Positions 62,270-64,000 of a stretch of 64,000 nucleotides of DNA are shown here, in pieces. The translations under genes were made by a program, and so were the position numbers. Within the stretch, counting starts at the first letter, position 1; each line of letters opens with the position of its first letter. Source of the stretch: Fistulifera solaris (taxonomy: Eukaryota); the NCBI GenBank assembly GCA_030295235.1, contig AP026126.1:558001-622000 (forward strand), read 5' to 3'. The notes beneath the pieces are model-generated. The model saw only the letters and a program-made list of their open reading frames with translations. It searched no databases and was not told the DNA's origin.

Positions 62270-63595
62270 CTATGATGAACTTTGTTTGCCACCTCCGAGT
62301 GGCACGGGCTCGTAAGGATCGTCGGAAAGTTTGTATTCAGTGAGTTTGTCCAGGCACTGAAGAAGCTCCTGATCGTCAGGGGACGTCTTTTTCAATTTGC
62401 GAGAACTTACTCGCTTGATGAGCTGGCTTGCTACTTCTGATGGTTGAGCATTCAGCAAAGCCGTCCCTGAGTTTACCTGTGGTGGCTGACTGCCAAACTC
62501 GGGTTCGAATTCCAATGCAAAAGCTTGATTTAATTGCTGCTGACCAGGATGTCGCTCAAGAGGAGCCTGATTCAAAGTCGAATTTCGAATCACTCGGAGT
62601 TGCATGTCATACTGCGTCGGAGCCCCAAAGATGTTTTGGTTAGCTTCCGGATTGTAATTGAAATGCATATTTGGAAGAGAGTGATGCATTTGATCGCGAA
62701 AAGGTGTCGTTGATGCGTTCATATCGTAGCGCATATCAGGAAGGGAGTTGAAATTCGACGAGCTGTCACCTTCAAACATTAGCTGGAATGGACGTTGGTT
62801 ACCCACAAAAGAAGAGGCGTCAGCTAAAAGTTGGTCAGAAACACTGAAGCTTCGGTTGCCAAAAGCATTCAATGTGTGTAATTCAGCAGGTGAAGGACCC
62901 AAAGGCGGTAATGCGGAGTTCGAATGAAAGCTTCCGGGAACAGTGAATGCTGGTGTTATGCTTGAATTCGACTGATTCGTCAACTGCAGTGATCGTGGAA
63001 AGGGAAGCAAACTCTGTTGTGAATCCATTGCATAGTTCTGCGAGAAAATTCCCGTGGAGAGCTCTATTCGTGGACGCCTGTCGTTTTCAGAAAAAGCGTA
63101 CATCATTTGGGATCTGTCGGAGAATTTCATTACTTCTTTTCTGCGTTTTTTCTTGGAAACATTACTCGATTTATATCTCTCATGTAGCGCATCACGAAAC
63201 GCTTGCGATGTCTTTTCTCTCGCTAAAAAGTCGCCTACTTCGTACCATCTTCCAGAATCATCTTGCTTCACAAAGCCTCCACCGGGGCTTGCGCGGCGTA
63301 CGTCGGCAACAACTCGATTAAGAACGGCGGACTTGTCGAGCTTAGTCTTGGCCCTCGAATATTCGTCGAGGACCTTTTCAACCCTGGTTTTAAATAGCTC
63401 ATTCCCTGCATGACTGTAACATTTCTTGCCCCGACCACAAACAACATCTTGAATGCTTGGTTGAAATTCCTCCGCTAGAAAGTTCAAAGTTGATCCTGAT
63501 CGCTGTTTCATTGATACGAGAGAGTTCCGGCTTTGCCCATCGTGACTTCCTGCCTCACTCGCAACTGACGAATCTCCTGGCTCCGATCGCTGCAT
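62270..63595 (-). CDS. DUF6824-like domain protein, intronless tandem paralog
   Basis: DVVCGRGKKCYSHAGNELFK...GGGFVKQ..GRWYEVGDFLAREKTSQAFRDALH. The domain core is nearly identical to the neighbouring gene. Confidence 0.88.
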   Translation of the reverse strand: MQRSEPGDSSVASEAGSHDGQSRNSLVSMKQRSGSTLNFLAEEFQPSIQDVVCGRGKKCYSHAGNELFKTRVEKVLDEYSRAKTKLDKSAVLNRVVADVRRASPGGGFVKQDDSGRWYEVGDFLAREKTSQAFRDALHERYKSSNVSKKKRRKEVMKFSDRSQMMYAFSENDRRPRIELSTGIFSQNYAMDSQQSLLPFPRSLQLTNQSNSSITPAFTVPGSFHSNSALPPLGPSPAELHTLNAFGNRSFSVSDQLLADASSFVGNQRPFQLMFEGDSSSNFNSLPDMRYDMNASTTPFRDQMHHSLPNMHFNYNPEANQNIFGAPTQYDMQLRVIRNSTLNQAPLERHPGQQQLNQAFALEFEPEFGSQPPQVNSGTALLNAQPSEVASQLIKRVSSRKLKKTSPDDQELLQCLDKLTEYKLSDDPYEPVPLGGGKQSSS

Positions 63596-64000
63596 GTTTT
63601 CAAAACTATTTGTGGGTGTTTGGTATGAAATTATTATTTGTGAGATTACTTGTTGGTAAGTTAATGAATTGATGTGTGATGAGAGAAATATCAGTGCGAA
63701 GATGTAATCGAATGCAGTTTGTCGTTCACCACAAGGCGTCCGCCACCTTTTTCTAGAGTTTCTGAAAGTCGGCTGTCGGGTCCCAAATTTACTGGGATAG
63801 GCAGTCCCGGTCCCATCCCAGTAAGTACAGTCTATAACTTTCTCTTACGACTTTCCCAATAATTTCTGGCCTAAATCTGTGAATGACGACGGTACGGAGT
63901 ATCGAATCAACATAGAGAAAAATAACCAGTCAACCGTCGGTACTCGACTAGATCAAGGGGCATATGTATAGGTTGCCTTACGCCTCCCTACTTTTTTGGG

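Overview
This is eukaryotic nuclear DNA, almost certainly from a diatom. It is gene-dense (about 28 protein-coding genes in 64 kb), with short GT-AG introns (mostly 60-100 nt), bipartite signal+'ASAF'-type plastid leaders and two DUF6824-like genes. No rRNA, tRNA, CRISPR array or autonomous transposon was recognised. Recognisable genes: DXR, a CDP-alcohol phosphotransferase/cytidylyltransferase-like fusion, PFK-2/FBPase-2, SEC12, a V-ATPase c-like proteolipid, PRP40-like, TRF4-like nucleotidyltransferase, SLC4 bicarbonate transporter, PsuG-PsuK fusion, REX4-like exonuclease, histidine phosphatase, cyclin Y-like, a protein kinase, an SDR, an ABCC transporter, SMC4, TAG glycosylase, MPBQ/MSBQ methyltransferase, ABHD13, UDP-glucose dehydrogenase and an EGY-like M50 protease. 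About 16 single-base frameshifts, nearly all in homopolymer runs, break 10 genes and are most likely assembly errors. The main observations are: (1) a dispersed 21-bp palindrome (CACGACTG-N5-CAGTCATG), seen only in intergenic DNA and mostly as pairs 224-262 bp apart; (2) a 6-nt micro-exon that restores the conserved CGRG motif of a DUF6824-like gene; (3) a V-ATPase proteolipid lacking the essential glutamate; (4) a lipid-synthesis fusion protein with a degenerate cytidylyltransferase domain; (5) several enzymes with substituted key residues; (6) a small MITE-like inverted-repeat element. All calls were made by eye, with no database searches.
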